Assembly: GCA_039589615.1 (NCBI GenBank)
Contig: JBDHHA010000024.1
Span: 3,888 to 67,887 of the forward strand
Direction: 5' to 3'
DNA length: 64,000 bases
Source of the DNA: Gemmatimonadota bacterium
GTDB lineage: Bacteria; Gemmatimonadota; Gemmatimonadetes; Gemmatimonadales; GWC2-71-9
Shown piece after piece: positions 42,980 through 52,706 of this stretch. Under the pieces are notes generated by a model. That model was not told where the DNA came from, searched no databases, and saw only the letters and a program-made list of their open reading frames with translations. Position 1 is the stretch's first letter. Each line of letters begins with the position of its first letter. Position numbers and translations under genes: made by a program.

Positions 42980-45733
42980 TCAACGCTTTGCGTCGAGCCA
43001 GTTGGGACCAATGCCGACATCCACCACCAATGGCACCTTCAGCGTCGCAGCCCCCGACATTTCCCGCCGGACGATTGCGGCAACTGCGTCGGCATCCGCC
43101 TCCGGCGCCTCGAGCACCAGCTCGTCATGCACTTGCAGCAACATGGCCGCGCCCAGATCCGCCTCCCGCAGCGCGGCGTCGACGCTCACCATGGCAATTT
43201 TGATGAGGTCTGCGGCCGATCCCTGGATTGGCGAGTTCATCGCGTTGCGCTCACCGAACGAGCGCACGTTGAAGTTCTTGTCCTTCAGCTCCGGGATGTA
43301 GCGGCGCCTGCCGAAGAGCGTTTCCGCATACCCGTGCTCCTTCGCTCGATCAATCGACGCATCGAGGAACGCCCGGACGCCCGCAAAGCGTTCGAAGTAC
43401 CGCGCGATGAACTCCTTCGCCTCGTCTTGTGTGATGTCCAACTGCCGAGCCAGGGCAAACGGACCCTGACCGTAGATGGTGGCGAAGTTGATGGTCTTCG
43501 CCCGCCCGCGCATCTCGGCCGTCACCGCGTCGGTGTCGACATCGAAGATGATGGCTGCGGTCTCCTTGTGGATATCACCGCCTCGCTCGAACGCGTCAAT
43601 GAAGGCCACATCATCCGAAAGATGCGCCAGCACCCGCAATTCGATCTGCGAGTAGTCGGCGGCGATGAACACGCAGCCCGCAGCGGGAACAAAGCACCGT
43701 CTGATCTCTCCGCCCCGCTGGGTCCGCACCGGGATGTTCTGCAGGTTGGGATCGGAGGATGACAGCCGGCCGGTGGCGGCGCCGGTCTGGTGGAAGCGCG
43801 TGTGTACCCGCCGCGTCACGGGATTCACGCTGCGGGGTAACGCGTCCACATACGTGGAACGCAGCTTTGCCACCTCTCGGTATTCCAGCAGCAGCTTCGG
43901 CAAATCGAAGCCCGAGGCCGCAAGTTGGACCAGCACGTCCGCGTCGGTGGACGCACCCGTCTTGGTCTTCTTGATGACGGGCAGTTGGAGCTTCTCGAAC
44001 AGGATGTGACGGAGTTGGGGCGTGCTGTTGATGTTGAACTCCGTACCGGCCTCGGCGTAGATCGACCGCTCCAGATCCTCGAGCTCTTCACGGAAGCCCG
44101 CCGATAATCCGCCGAGTCGCTCCGTGTCCAATGTGATACCCTGCCACTCCAACCCCACCAACACACCAATGAGCGGAATCTCGACCTCCTCGAGGAGCTT
44201 GCGGAGGCCGGTGGACTCGAGCTGTGGTGCGAAGTGGCCGTGTAACGCCAGCACCGCAGCGGCACAGCGTCCGGCGTACTCGGCGGCGCGCTCCACACTG
44301 ATCTCCGCGAAGGGCCGCTCCGTTTTCGCCTTGCCCACGATCTCCGCGTACGGAGGGACCTTCAGGCCGAGGTGTTCGACGCTGAGTGCGCTCAACGCGT
44401 GGGACCGTTTGCCCGGGTCCAACAGGAAGCTGGCAATCATGGAGTCGTAAGCGATGCCACCCAACTCCACACCCACGGTGCGGAGCCGCAGCCAATCCTG
44501 CTTCAGGTCATGGCCCGCTTTGGGAACGTTGGGGTCGGCCAGTACGGCCCGGAGCGCCACCATCGACGGATCGTCGAACGATGGGACATTGAACGGGGCC
44601 GTGTCGTTCAGCAGGTCACCGTCTGGCGGACGGTGCCGGAGGGGGATGTACCACGCCCGCGCCGCACTCGTCGCCATCGCCAACCCGTCCAGGCCCGCGC
44701 TGCGGGCATCGCCAAACGGGCCGTGGGTGCCGATCGCCAACACGTCCGCCCGCCGGGCATCCGCCACCAATTCCTCGACGTCCGCCAGCGACGACACGAG
44801 TCTGCAGCTCACGTCACCAACCGGCGGCGATTCCTCGCCGCCCGCCTTCTCCACGAGCGTGTGAAACTCGAGTTCCGTGAACAACGCCCGCAGCTGTGCC
44901 GCGTCGCCCGGTCGGGTGGCAAACGCGTCCAGGTTCAACTCTACGGGCACGTCCTTGTGGATGGTGACGAGATCACGACTCAATCTCGCGGCATCCGCCT
45001 CCGCCAAGAGCGCCTCACGGGCACGCTTGCCCCTCACTTCGGCGGCGCGAGAGAGAATCGTGTCGAGCGCGCCGAAATCATCGATCAACTGGCGGGCCGT
45101 CTTGTCGCCGATTCCCTTGACGCCCGGTACGTTGTCCGACGAGTCGCCCACCATGGCCAGGTAGTCGATCACCCGGTCGGGTGGCACACCCAACCGATTC
45201 GCCGCGGTGGACTCGGTCACGAATTCTTCCTGCACCGCCGCTGGGCCGCCGCGTCCCGGATTGAGCAACGAGACATGCGGTCCGATCAACTGGTAGAAGT
45301 CCTTGTCGCCCGACACGATGACGGTGTGCAATCCGGTATCACCGGCGTTGGTGGCCAGCGTCCCGATGACATCGTCGGCCTCGTATCCGTCGACGGTGAC
45401 GAGGGGAATCTGGAACGCGTCGAGCAGCTGTTGAATGCGCTCTACGGAACGGTCGAACGTTTCCTGCAACTCGTCGTCCAACTTCTCCCGGGTCGCCTTG
45501 TATTCGGGATACGTGTCCTTGCGGAACGACGTTCCGGCATCATGAACCCAGGCGAGATATTCGGGGTGATAGCGCTCGCGGATGCGCAGGAGGAAGTTGG
45601 AGACGCCCCAGGCGGCAGACGTGTTTTCCCCCCGGCCGGTGGTGAGCGGGCGCGCAATCATCGCAAAGAACGCGCGATAGATGATCGCATATCCGTCGAT
45701 CAGGAAGAGCTGTGGTCTGGGGAGATCGGCCAT
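42980..45733 (-). CDS. polA: DNA polymerase I
   Basis: 5' nuclease domain (LFLIDGYAIIYRAFFA), a 3'-5' exonuclease-like domain, and the polymerase motifs DYSQIELRVLAHLS, RRxAKTINFATIYG and LQVHDELVLE. Confidence 0.95.
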   Translation of the reverse strand: MADLPRPQLFLIDGYAIIYRAFFAMIARPLTTGRGENTSAAWGVSNFLLRIRERYHPEYLAWVHDAGTSFRKDTYPEYKATREKLDDELQETFDRSVERIQQLLDAFQIPLVTVDGYEADDVIGTLATNAGDTGLHTVIVSGDKDFYQLIGPHVSLLNPGRGGPAAVQEEFVTESTAANRLGVPPDRVIDYLAMVGDSSDNVPGVKGIGDKTARQLIDDFGALDTILSRAAEVRGKRAREALLAEADAARLSRDLVTIHKDVPVELNLDAFATRPGDAAQLRALFTELEFHTLVEKAGGEESPPVGDVSCRLVSSLADVEELVADARRADVLAIGTHGPFGDARSAGLDGLAMATSAARAWYIPLRHRPPDGDLLNDTAPFNVPSFDDPSMVALRAVLADPNVPKAGHDLKQDWLRLRTVGVELGGIAYDSMIASFLLDPGKRSHALSALSVEHLGLKVPPYAEIVGKAKTERPFAEISVERAAEYAGRCAAAVLALHGHFAPQLESTGLRKLLEEVEIPLIGVLVGLEWQGITLDTERLGGLSAGFREELEDLERSIYAEAGTEFNINSTPQLRHILFEKLQLPVIKKTKTGASTDADVLVQLAASGFDLPKLLLEYREVAKLRSTYVDALPRSVNPVTRRVHTRFHQTGAATGRLSSSDPNLQNIPVRTQRGGEIRRCFVPAAGCVFIAADYSQIELRVLAHLSDDVAFIDAFERGGDIHKETAAIIFDVDTDAVTAEMRGRAKTINFATIYGQGPFALARQLDITQDEAKEFIARYFERFAGVRAFLDASIDRAKEHGYAETLFGRRRYIPELKDKNFNVRSFGERNAMNSPIQGSAADLIKIAMVSVDAALREADLGAAMLLQVHDELVLEAPEADADAVAAIVRREMSGAATLKVPLVVDVGIGPNWLDAKR

Positions 45734-45750
45734 AGCTGAATAGAGTATAC

Positions 45751-45780
45751 AAAAAAACCCCGCTGGGTTACCCAGCGGGG
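45751..45780 (-). terminator. Rho-independent terminator of the cold-shock gene
   Basis: On the minus strand: CCCCGCTGGG-TAA-CCCAGCGGGG followed by TTTTTTT. It starts 26 nt after the csp stop. Confidence 0.85.
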
Positions 45781-45805
45781 CTACAGGGATGGTGGAACTA
45801 CGATC

Positions 45806-46018
45806 TCATGCGACGCTCGGATGCATCACATTGGCCGCGTGAAGTCCTTTCTCGCCCGTCTCCACCTCGAACTCCACCTGCTGTCCCTCGCTGAGGGTTT
45901 TGAACCCCTCCATCTGAATGGCCGAGAAATGCACGAACACGTCCTCGCCGCCACTCTCCTGCTCGATAAAGCCGTAGCCCTTCGCGTCGTTAAACCACTT
46001 CACCTTCCCTTTGGACAT
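45806..46018 (-). CDS. cspA: Cold-shock protein (CspA family)
   Basis: [20 protein letters not shown]...DVFVHFSAI (RNP1/RNP2). ATG 46018 has GGAGGA upstream. The longer track ORF was rejected. Confidence 0.92.
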   Translation of the reverse strand: MSKGKVKWFNDAKGYGFIEQESGGEDVFVHFSAIQMEGFKTLSEGQQVEFEVETGEKGLHAANVMHPSVA

Positions 46019-46130
46019 CGGTACTCCTCCTGCAATTAGACTGGGTAAGCTGGTGCGCCGACCTTCGCGAAGCCGACCTTCGCAATTCTGTCGCAGGGAG
46101 CGCCGCGCTGTCAAGCGCTGGAACGAGATG

Positions 46131-46676
46131 TCAGCCCACAATCCAGACCACCGCCGCCACGCCGGGCGCAATGACCAGATTGTCGTCCAAGGGTCGGGAC
46201 CAGCGTTCCAGGACGGCCGCCGCAAGGGATCCCGCCGCCACGGACCGGAGGGACAGCCCGAGCGCGGCGAGCACCGCCGCCGCCGTCAGCAACGCTGCGA
46301 CCGTGCCAATCCACGATTTGGGCGCACCACCGCCCCACCTGCCACCCACTATCGAAGCCGCCGGATCCGCCACCGCTCCGACGAGGATACCCGCTGCGGG
46401 ACCCGGGACCGGAAACCACGACGCCGCGGCATACCCCATGAGCAACCAGAACGCGCCACTGGGGCGCTGCGACTCTTCGGGACGGAACGCCGGGACCGCC
46501 CGGGCGAGGACGTTGCCGAGCGGGGCAACCCGAATACGGATGATCTCGAGAAAGACCCCCGCTACGACCGCGCCCGTTATCCAGAGCCTCAGGTCGTCCC
46601 ATCCGACCGTGGCGCCGATCCAGACGATGGCGGCGGTGCCCACATGGATTGCGCGCCGGACGGCGCTGTTGCTCAC
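46131..46676 (-). CDS. Membrane polyprenol/diacylglycerol kinase-like protein (SEC59/DGK1/VTE5 CTP-dependent kinase family)
   Basis: 5-6 TM helices. The motif [26 protein letters not shown] resembles the GDxxAxxxGxxxG...K(S/T)xEGS motif of the family. It overlaps the slt stop by 4 nt. Confidence 0.5.
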   Translation of the reverse strand: MSNSAVRRAIHVGTAAIVWIGATVGWDDLRLWITGAVVAGVFLEIIRIRVAPLGNVLARAVPAFRPEESQRPSGAFWLLMGYAAASWFPVPGPAAGILVGAVADPAASIVGGRWGGGAPKSWIGTVAALLTAAAVLAALGLSLRSVAAGSLAAAVLERWSRPLDDNLVIAPGVAAVVWIVG

Positions 46677-48889
46677 GGGTTCTCAATCTCGCCGAAAAGG
46701 GCCTTGTACAGCTCGCGATTCCGCAGGAGCGTTTGGACATAACCCCTGGTCTCCGGAAACGGTATTCGTTCGATGAACCGAAACCAATCCTTGGCCCGGG
46801 CCTCCGGGTACCTGCCCCAGCGCCGCATCCGAGACCCACCGGCGTTGTACGCCGCCAAGGCCGGTACGACCTCTCCGTCGTACTGACGCAGCATCTGGGC
46901 GAGGTGCGCTGCGCCGAGATGCACGTTGGCGTCGGCGATACCGAGATAGGCGTTTTCCCAATCGACCTGCAGCTGTCGCGCCAGCCCTCGGGCTGTGGCC
47001 GGCATGAGCTGCATCATCCCCCGAGCACCGGCACGAGACGTGGCATTGGCATCGAACGCCGACTCTTGGCGCACCAAAGCCACCAGCAGGAACGGATCGA
47101 GATCGAACTCCGCGGCCTCGCGTTCGAGCAACTCGCGATTGGGCCACGGAAAAATGATTCGAAGCACCCGAGGGTCGTTGAGCCGGTGGAGCGAGGCGAG
47201 GCGCCAGCCTACGGCGACCGCCGCTCTTGCCTGTCCCCGGGCGATCAGCCCCTCCGCCACATCCATGAGCTGGGTGACGCTCCAGTGGTCGGGATCGCCG
47301 AGATGTTCGATCAGGGCCTCGGCCTCATCCTCGAACCCGACTTCCTGAAGCAGGTCGAGGACGGCGAGTTGCCGCAACACGGCGGCCGACGGCTGGGTCG
47401 GAGGCTGCGGCGCGAAGACCGGAGGCGGAAGTCCCGCTGCCAGCCGTGCCATGGTTCCGTAGTACCCTATGGAATCGCTCCGGGCCAGGTTTTCCCACTC
47501 GTCCCGTGCGACCGCCGTGTCCCCCGTTTCCATGGCCAGCTGCCCGATCTGATAGTGGGCAGCCCGCGCCCGCGATCCCCGCTGCTCCACTTCCTCACGG
47601 AACATCTCCATCGCCTGGGCGGTGTCGCCCCGGGCCAGTGTCCGTGCTCCCAACCTGGAGCGAGCATCCGACGCAAACGCGTCCGAGGGCCAGGCCTCGT
47701 TGAGTGCGGCAAAAATACTGTCGGCCGCCGCCAGTCTCCCCTGATCTTGTCGCAGGTCTCCCAGGAGATACGTCGCCGCCGGCCCCCGGGAATGATCCGG
47801 ATACGCCTCCAGGAACCCGCGAAGGGCCTGCGCCGCTCTGGTGCGCTGGCCCAGGCGCACGTACGTGCGGGCGTGGCGGTACGCGGCCTCACCCGCCTCG
47901 TCGCCCTCGCGCCGAGCCGCCGCCTCGTAGATCGCCAGCGCTCCCCAGCGGTTTCCACTCGCCTCCGTGACCTCGCCGTGGAACATCAGCGTGGCGATGG
48001 ACGAGTCACCCACGTTGACGGCGTTGGCCGAGTGGGGCACGGCATCTCGCGCTCGCCCGTATCGCAGGATGGCCCGGCCGACGCCCATGTGCTCGTCGGC
48101 AGTTTCCGGCGGGAACTCCTCGGTGGCCATCGCCACACCCTCCAACGCCTGGGCACGCTCGCGGAGCGCGACGGCACGGTACACCAACTCCCGGGCCCGG
48201 GCACTCAACCCCGCCTCGAGGGCCAGCTCCGCTGCCTTGGCAAAATGACCCACCTGGGCCAGCGCTTCGGCGGCGGTCGCCGGTTCACCCTCCCTCGCCA
48301 GGAAGACTGCCCGGGCCCCGGCAGCCAGCTCGCTCCCCGCAACGGGGACTTTGTGCAGTAGATCCAGGGCGCCCTTGGAGTCCCGCGTGATCAACGCTTC
48401 CCTGAGAGCGAGCCACCCATCGGCATCCGGGAAGTCCGCCGCCGCCTGGCGATAGAGCGCCTTGGCTCGGGCACTCCGACCGCCCCGCTCGTAGGCCTCG
48501 GCGGCCCTCGCCCGGAGGGTGCCCCGCCGCAAGCCGGTAGCGTGAGCGGCGGCGCGATCGAACACCCTGCCGGCTTCGACGTACGCACCGAGGTCGTACT
48601 GGGCAGCCGCGTGGATTGCGAGAGGGGCGCCATCCGCCACCGAATCGGGCAGCAGATGACGGGAGAGGATTTGCAGGGCGGATTCGGGACGGCCCAGAGC
48701 GAGCTCGGATTCGGCCGCGGCGAGCACGTCCGCCATGCCGGCCGTGTCCGACGACAGGCGGGCGGCCAGCTCGATGGCTGCGTGCCAGGGCCCGACCCAC
48801 CCCGAACTGCCGTTGCTCACGTCCTGGGCCGCAGCGGAACCGTTTCCCCCGAGCACGCCGGCTACGACAAATGCAACAACCTTGGTCAA
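46673..48889 (-). CDS. Soluble lytic murein transglycosylase (Slt70-like: superhelical TPR-like N-domain + SLT domain)
   Basis: C-terminal SLT motifs LVRQESAFDANATSRAGARGMMQLMPATA and AAYNAG. Signal peptide MTKVVAFVVAGVLGGNGSAAAQ. Confidence 0.88.
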   Translation of the reverse strand: MTKVVAFVVAGVLGGNGSAAAQDVSNGSSGWVGPWHAAIELAARLSSDTAGMADVLAAAESELALGRPESALQILSRHLLPDSVADGAPLAIHAAAQYDLGAYVEAGRVFDRAAAHATGLRRGTLRARAAEAYERGGRSARAKALYRQAAADFPDADGWLALREALITRDSKGALDLLHKVPVAGSELAAGARAVFLAREGEPATAAEALAQVGHFAKAAELALEAGLSARARELVYRAVALRERAQALEGVAMATEEFPPETADEHMGVGRAILRYGRARDAVPHSANAVNVGDSSIATLMFHGEVTEASGNRWGALAIYEAAARREGDEAGEAAYRHARTYVRLGQRTRAAQALRGFLEAYPDHSRGPAATYLLGDLRQDQGRLAAADSIFAALNEAWPSDAFASDARSRLGARTLARGDTAQAMEMFREEVEQRGSRARAAHYQIGQLAMETGDTAVARDEWENLARSDSIGYYGTMARLAAGLPPPVFAPQPPTQPSAAVLRQLAVLDLLQEVGFEDEAEALIEHLGDPDHWSVTQLMDVAEGLIARGQARAAVAVGWRLASLHRLNDPRVLRIIFPWPNRELLEREAAEFDLDPFLLVALVRQESAFDANATSRAGARGMMQLMPATARGLARQLQVDWENAYLGIADANVHLGAAHLAQMLRQYDGEVVPALAAYNAGGSRMRRWGRYPEARAKDWFRFIERIPFPETRGYVQTLLRNRELYKALFGEIENP

Positions 48890-48954
48890 GTACTTGATAT
48901 CAACCTCTCTAGCTTGCCGAACTTCAAGAACTAATATTACTTTCGCCCTCTCCC

Positions 48955-49866
48955 ATGGCCCAGGAAAACCTCGCAGGACGCACCGTTGCTGGATACCACC
49001 TCCTCGAGCCTGTGGGGGAGGGTGGCACCGCTATGGTCTACCGTGCCGAACACGGCGAGCACGGACGGTGTGCCGTCAAGATCCTCAAGCCACGACTCCG
49101 CACCGACGAGAACGCCAGAAAGCGGTTCCTCCGGGAGTCCGAGTACGGGGCCCGCGTCGAGCACCAGGGGGTCGTCCAGACCTTCGACTACGGCGAGGAG
49201 GGCGGGCTGTACTTCCTCGCGCTGGAGTGGGCCGAAGGCGAGCCGCTGTCGGATTTCATCCAGCGAACCGGGAGATTGGTGCCGAAACTGGTCGCCCATA
49301 TCGTCACCCAACTGGCCGGGGCCCTCGGTGCCGCTCATGCATCCGGCATCATTCATCGCGATTTGAAGCCCGAAAATATCGTCTACGATCCCAATACCCA
49401 AATCGTCAAGCTCCTTGACTTTGGGATTGCCAGGGACGCCCAGGCCGACCCGGCGCAGCGATTGACCCGCACCGGCTTCTTCGTGGGTACCCTACAGTAC
49501 GTCGCCCCGGAGGCCCTTTCCGGGGAGCTCGTGGGTTCCGAGGCCGATATTTTCAGCCTCGCCACCATCACCTACTACCTCCTCACCGACCTCCATCCCT
49601 TTGATGGAAGATCCCCGCGAGAACTGTTCCAGCAGCTCCTCACCGCCGACGCCCGTCCCCTCAACCAAGCTGCAAAGGGGCTGAAATTCTCCAACGAGCT
49701 GGAGAAGGCGGTGATGGCGGGTCTGGCACGAGAGCCGTCCAAGAGGCCGGCGACAGTGGAGAAGTTCGCCCAGGGGCTGGCCTTGGCGGCGGCGGGCGAC
49801 GGCGACGGCGGCGGCGGAAAGAGCGGCATCCTCGGAGTATTCAAGTCCATCATCGGAAGGCAGTAG
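48955..49866 (+). CDS. Hanks-type Ser/Thr protein kinase, kinase domain + short Gly/Asp-rich tail
   Basis: GEGGTAMVY ... AVKIL, HRDLKPENIVY, DFGIA, APE. Confidence 0.85.
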   Translation: MAQENLAGRTVAGYHLLEPVGEGGTAMVYRAEHGEHGRCAVKILKPRLRTDENARKRFLRESEYGARVEHQGVVQTFDYGEEGGLYFLALEWAEGEPLSDFIQRTGRLVPKLVAHIVTQLAGALGAAHASGIIHRDLKPENIVYDPNTQIVKLLDFGIARDAQADPAQRLTRTGFFVGTLQYVAPEALSGELVGSEADIFSLATITYYLLTDLHPFDGRSPRELFQQLLTADARPLNQAAKGLKFSNELEKAVMAGLAREPSKRPATVEKFAQGLALAAAGDGDGGGGKSGILGVFKSIIGRQ

Positions 49867-49988
49867 TAGTATGCACTACTACCATCTCTGACGTGTCCTC
49901 CGTGCAGTCGATGGTCACGATCCGGGATCTGGGCGTCGAGCCCGGCCCGCCGAGGAGCTGACGCCGGCCCACCACCCGCGCGAGTTCG

Positions 49989-51683
49989 ATGACCGACTCC
50001 CCAGACCCACCCCCCGCCCGCCCCTCCATCGAATCCCGGTTCCGATCGTGGACCGCCGAGTTCTCCGCGGTGGACCTGAACGAGCAGCGTCTCAAGGATG
50101 CCGAGATCGTGCGAGCCAGCGTCCAACGCCGCTGGGGCATCATCGTGGCGGGCGCCGTGCTCCTGGTGGCCGCGAAGTGGACGGGTCTCACAGACGCCAC
50201 CCCCGCGGCCATCATCATCACGTTGACCGCCGCCACCGTTGCCAACATCGGCGTGGGGTCCGTTGCCCGAGCGGGAATCTTCTCGTGGTGGCTCATCTAC
50301 TGCCTTGCCGTCATCGACATCGCGATCGTTGGGGGCTTCGTCGCCTTGGTCGGTCCCGGGGGGCTGGTGGTGGGGTTCTTCGTGGCCATTCTGCCCTACG
50401 CCTTCAACGAGGGACGGGGCGTCGGGGACCTGCTGGCGTTGCTCGCGGCCGCCGTATACCTCGGCGCCGCTTCGGCGCACGGTGCTTGGGTGGCAGATCC
50501 CCCCGTTGGCTTCACGGCGGTTCCCGCCACCGCGTACATGGAGTCCCTGGTGTTTCTCGTGGTAGCGACCACGCTGCGCCGTATCCCCGCCTCCCTGGTA
50601 GACCGCATCCGCATCACCCGCGGCGTCATGCGCCAGGCCGAGGCCGGGTCGCTGGGTGTCCGGGCTCCGGCGTCGAGGGACGACGAGCTCGGATTCCTCG
50701 AGCGGTCCTTCAATCGCATGCTCGACGAGATCGCCGGAACCATCGCGGTAGTCCAACGCGAGACCAACGAGGTGGTCATCCTCGCCGACGTGCTGTCACA
50801 GGCGGCGGCTGGTGTCCTGGCATCCAGCGAGTCCGTTTCGACGACCTCCGCCGACCTGGCGCGGGAGATGGCCACTCAGCGGGAGCTGGCGGATGTGGGT
50901 CGGCAGGAAAGCACACGAGCCGCGAAGGAAGCGGGAAACCTGAGCCAGCGCGCGGATGCCATGGCCGCCGACGCCCGAAGCCTTGCCGAGGCCGCCAAGC
51001 ACGGCCGATCCAGCGTCGAGCGCGCCGGAGATGTCCTGGTGGCGATCGGTGAAGAGGTCCGGAACACGGCCGAGTCGGTGCACGAGCTCAGTGGCATGTC
51101 CGAGCGGGTCGGGTCGTTTGCCCGGACCATTTCCCGTATCGCCAGACAGACCCACGTCCTTGCCCTGAACGCCGCCATCGAAGCCGCCCACAACGAGGGG
51201 GGCGGCGAAGGCTTCGCCGCCGTAGCAGACGAGGTCAGGTCGCTGGCCGCAGAGGCGGGTGGCTCGGCCCGTGACGTCACCGATCTCATCGGCGACGTGC
51301 TGTCACGCGTCGAGGCCGTGTCGAAGGCCATGACCTCCGGCGAGGAGAAGGTCCGAGACGTGGGCGCGGTGGCCCGCCAAGCACAGGGTGCCCTCAAGGA
51401 CCTCGAGCGGGGCATCTCCCAGATCAAGGAGTTGGTGGATGCCACGGCCATGATCTCCCAGACACAGGCGGATCGCATGGCGACGCTGGCCGGCAAGATG
51501 GAGGATGTGGCCACCATCAGCACCACTTCCGCCAATGAAGCCGACGGGGCGGCGGCGGCGATGGCCACCCAGCAGCGCACCATCGGCGATCTCAAGGCGG
51601 TGAGCGGCCAGCTGGCGGAACTCGCCGAGCGGGTTCGCGTGAGCATCGACCGCTTCGCCGTCGCAGACCCCGCCGACGGCTAG
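49989..51683 (+). CDS. Methyl-accepting chemotaxis protein with polytopic membrane N-domain and HAMP
   Basis: About 5 TM helices, then HAMP (DELGFLERSFNRMLDEI), then the signalling hairpin tip THVLALNAAIEAAHNEGGGEGFAAVADEVRSLA. Confidence 0.88.
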   Translation: MTDSPDPPPARPSIESRFRSWTAEFSAVDLNEQRLKDAEIVRASVQRRWGIIVAGAVLLVAAKWTGLTDATPAAIIITLTAATVANIGVGSVARAGIFSWWLIYCLAVIDIAIVGGFVALVGPGGLVVGFFVAILPYAFNEGRGVGDLLALLAAAVYLGAASAHGAWVADPPVGFTAVPATAYMESLVFLVVATTLRRIPASLVDRIRITRGVMRQAEAGSLGVRAPASRDDELGFLERSFNRMLDEIAGTIAVVQRETNEVVILADVLSQAAAGVLASSESVSTTSADLAREMATQRELADVGRQESTRAAKEAGNLSQRADAMAADARSLAEAAKHGRSSVERAGDVLVAIGEEVRNTAESVHELSGMSERVGSFARTISRIARQTHVLALNAAIEAAHNEGGGEGFAAVADEVRSLAAEAGGSARDVTDLIGDVLSRVEAVSKAMTSGEEKVRDVGAVARQAQGALKDLERGISQIKELVDATAMISQTQADRMATLAGKMEDVATISTTSANEADGAAAAMATQQRTIGDLKAVSGQLAELAERVRVSIDRFAVADPADG

Positions 51684-51747
51684 AACACTGATCCTGCCCT
51701 AACGGGCTTCATTCCTCACCCGAGCTGTCCGGCCGGCCCATTCCGCT

Positions 51748-52605
51748 TCAAAAGGGATGGAATGTTCGAAACGTCGCCCGATAGGGCAGGATCAATTGCG
51801 TGGTGAAGTCATCCAGCGCCGCGGCAAAGGTGACCCGCTCGCGAAACTCCCGCCCCGTCAAGCCCGTTACCGCCTTCACGTGCCGGCTGAAGCTCTGGGG
51901 CGATGAGTAGTCCAGCCGGTAGGCAACGTCGCCCACGGACAGCGCCGGCAGCTGGAGGAGCGCTGCACCGTGGACGAGGCGTACCGCCGCCAGGTACTGC
52001 TTCGGCGACGGCAGCATCGAGCGGAAGAAGCGCGATGTGAACGTGCTGGCACCGATGTTCAGTCGCTCACAGAAGTCTCGGGCGCTGGTTGTGCGCGGCG
52101 ACAGCACGACCAGCGATTCAAAGAACCGTTTGACGCCGGGCGTGGGGCTGCCCAGCACCTCGAAGATGCGCGACAGCATCCGCGATGCTGTGGGGGTCAT
52201 CTGGCGACCCACGAAGGATCGCAGCCGGCTCCAGCCTTCACGGTGACTCAGGTCCACCATCGTCTCGACGCCCGATGACCCCAGTTGGAGCAGCCGCTCG
52301 CTACACCGATTGTCATGACGTGACAGCACCGCCACCATGGGGACCGCGGGAAATTCTCGCGCCAGGCGTGCGACCTCACCCATGTCCTCGGGATTCACAC
52401 ACCGCGGCGACACCAACACCGCACTCACCTGTCTGCCACGAACCGCCCGCATCGCCTCCTTGACGTTCCGGGCATGAAACGTCGACACGTACGCACCGGT
52501 GGCCGCATCGATGCGTGACCGCTCGACGGCCTCCAAGACGGTGGCCACCGTGCCCATCCGAAGATTCCTGTGCAGCTCGACCTCCCGAAAAAGGGCAGGC
52601 ATCAT
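51748..52605 (-). CDS. AraC-family transcriptional regulator with receiver-like N-domain lacking the phospho-acceptor Asp
   Basis: C-terminal double HTH (VGDVAYRLDYSSPQSFSRHVKAVTGLTGREFRE). The N-terminal ~120 aa have the (beta-alpha)5 pattern, with VSAVLVSPRC where REC domains carry the Asp. Confidence 0.7.
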   Translation of the reverse strand: MMPALFREVELHRNLRMGTVATVLEAVERSRIDAATGAYVSTFHARNVKEAMRAVRGRQVSAVLVSPRCVNPEDMGEVARLAREFPAVPMVAVLSRHDNRCSERLLQLGSSGVETMVDLSHREGWSRLRSFVGRQMTPTASRMLSRIFEVLGSPTPGVKRFFESLVVLSPRTTSARDFCERLNIGASTFTSRFFRSMLPSPKQYLAAVRLVHGAALLQLPALSVGDVAYRLDYSSPQSFSRHVKAVTGLTGREFRERVTFAAALDDFTTQLILPYRATFRTFHPF

Positions 52606-52706
52606 GGTCCGTTTTGCTCAACGATCCCTCAAACCGCCCGCGAACGTCATCAACCACGCGGCCTAGAGTCACCGACCGAGAGGCGCTATCTTTGTACCAG
52701 ACAAGA

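Noticed and set aside
44372-45739. 455-aa plus-strand ORF opposite polA (also 43127-43762)
   Set aside because: It is antisense to DNA polymerase I, has no motifs and has a biased composition.
46649-48361. 570-aa plus-strand ORF opposite the Slt gene (also 46111-46839 minus, in another frame)
   Set aside because: It overlaps a gene with clear SLT motifs and a signal peptide, and it has an artefactual composition.
49575-50756. 393-aa minus-strand ORF, plus 50048-51052 (+) and 50876-51646 (-), overlapping the kinase and MCP genes
   Set aside because: The MCP frame carries the diagnostic signalling-domain hairpin. The alternative frames are Gly/Arg/Pro-rich with no motifs.
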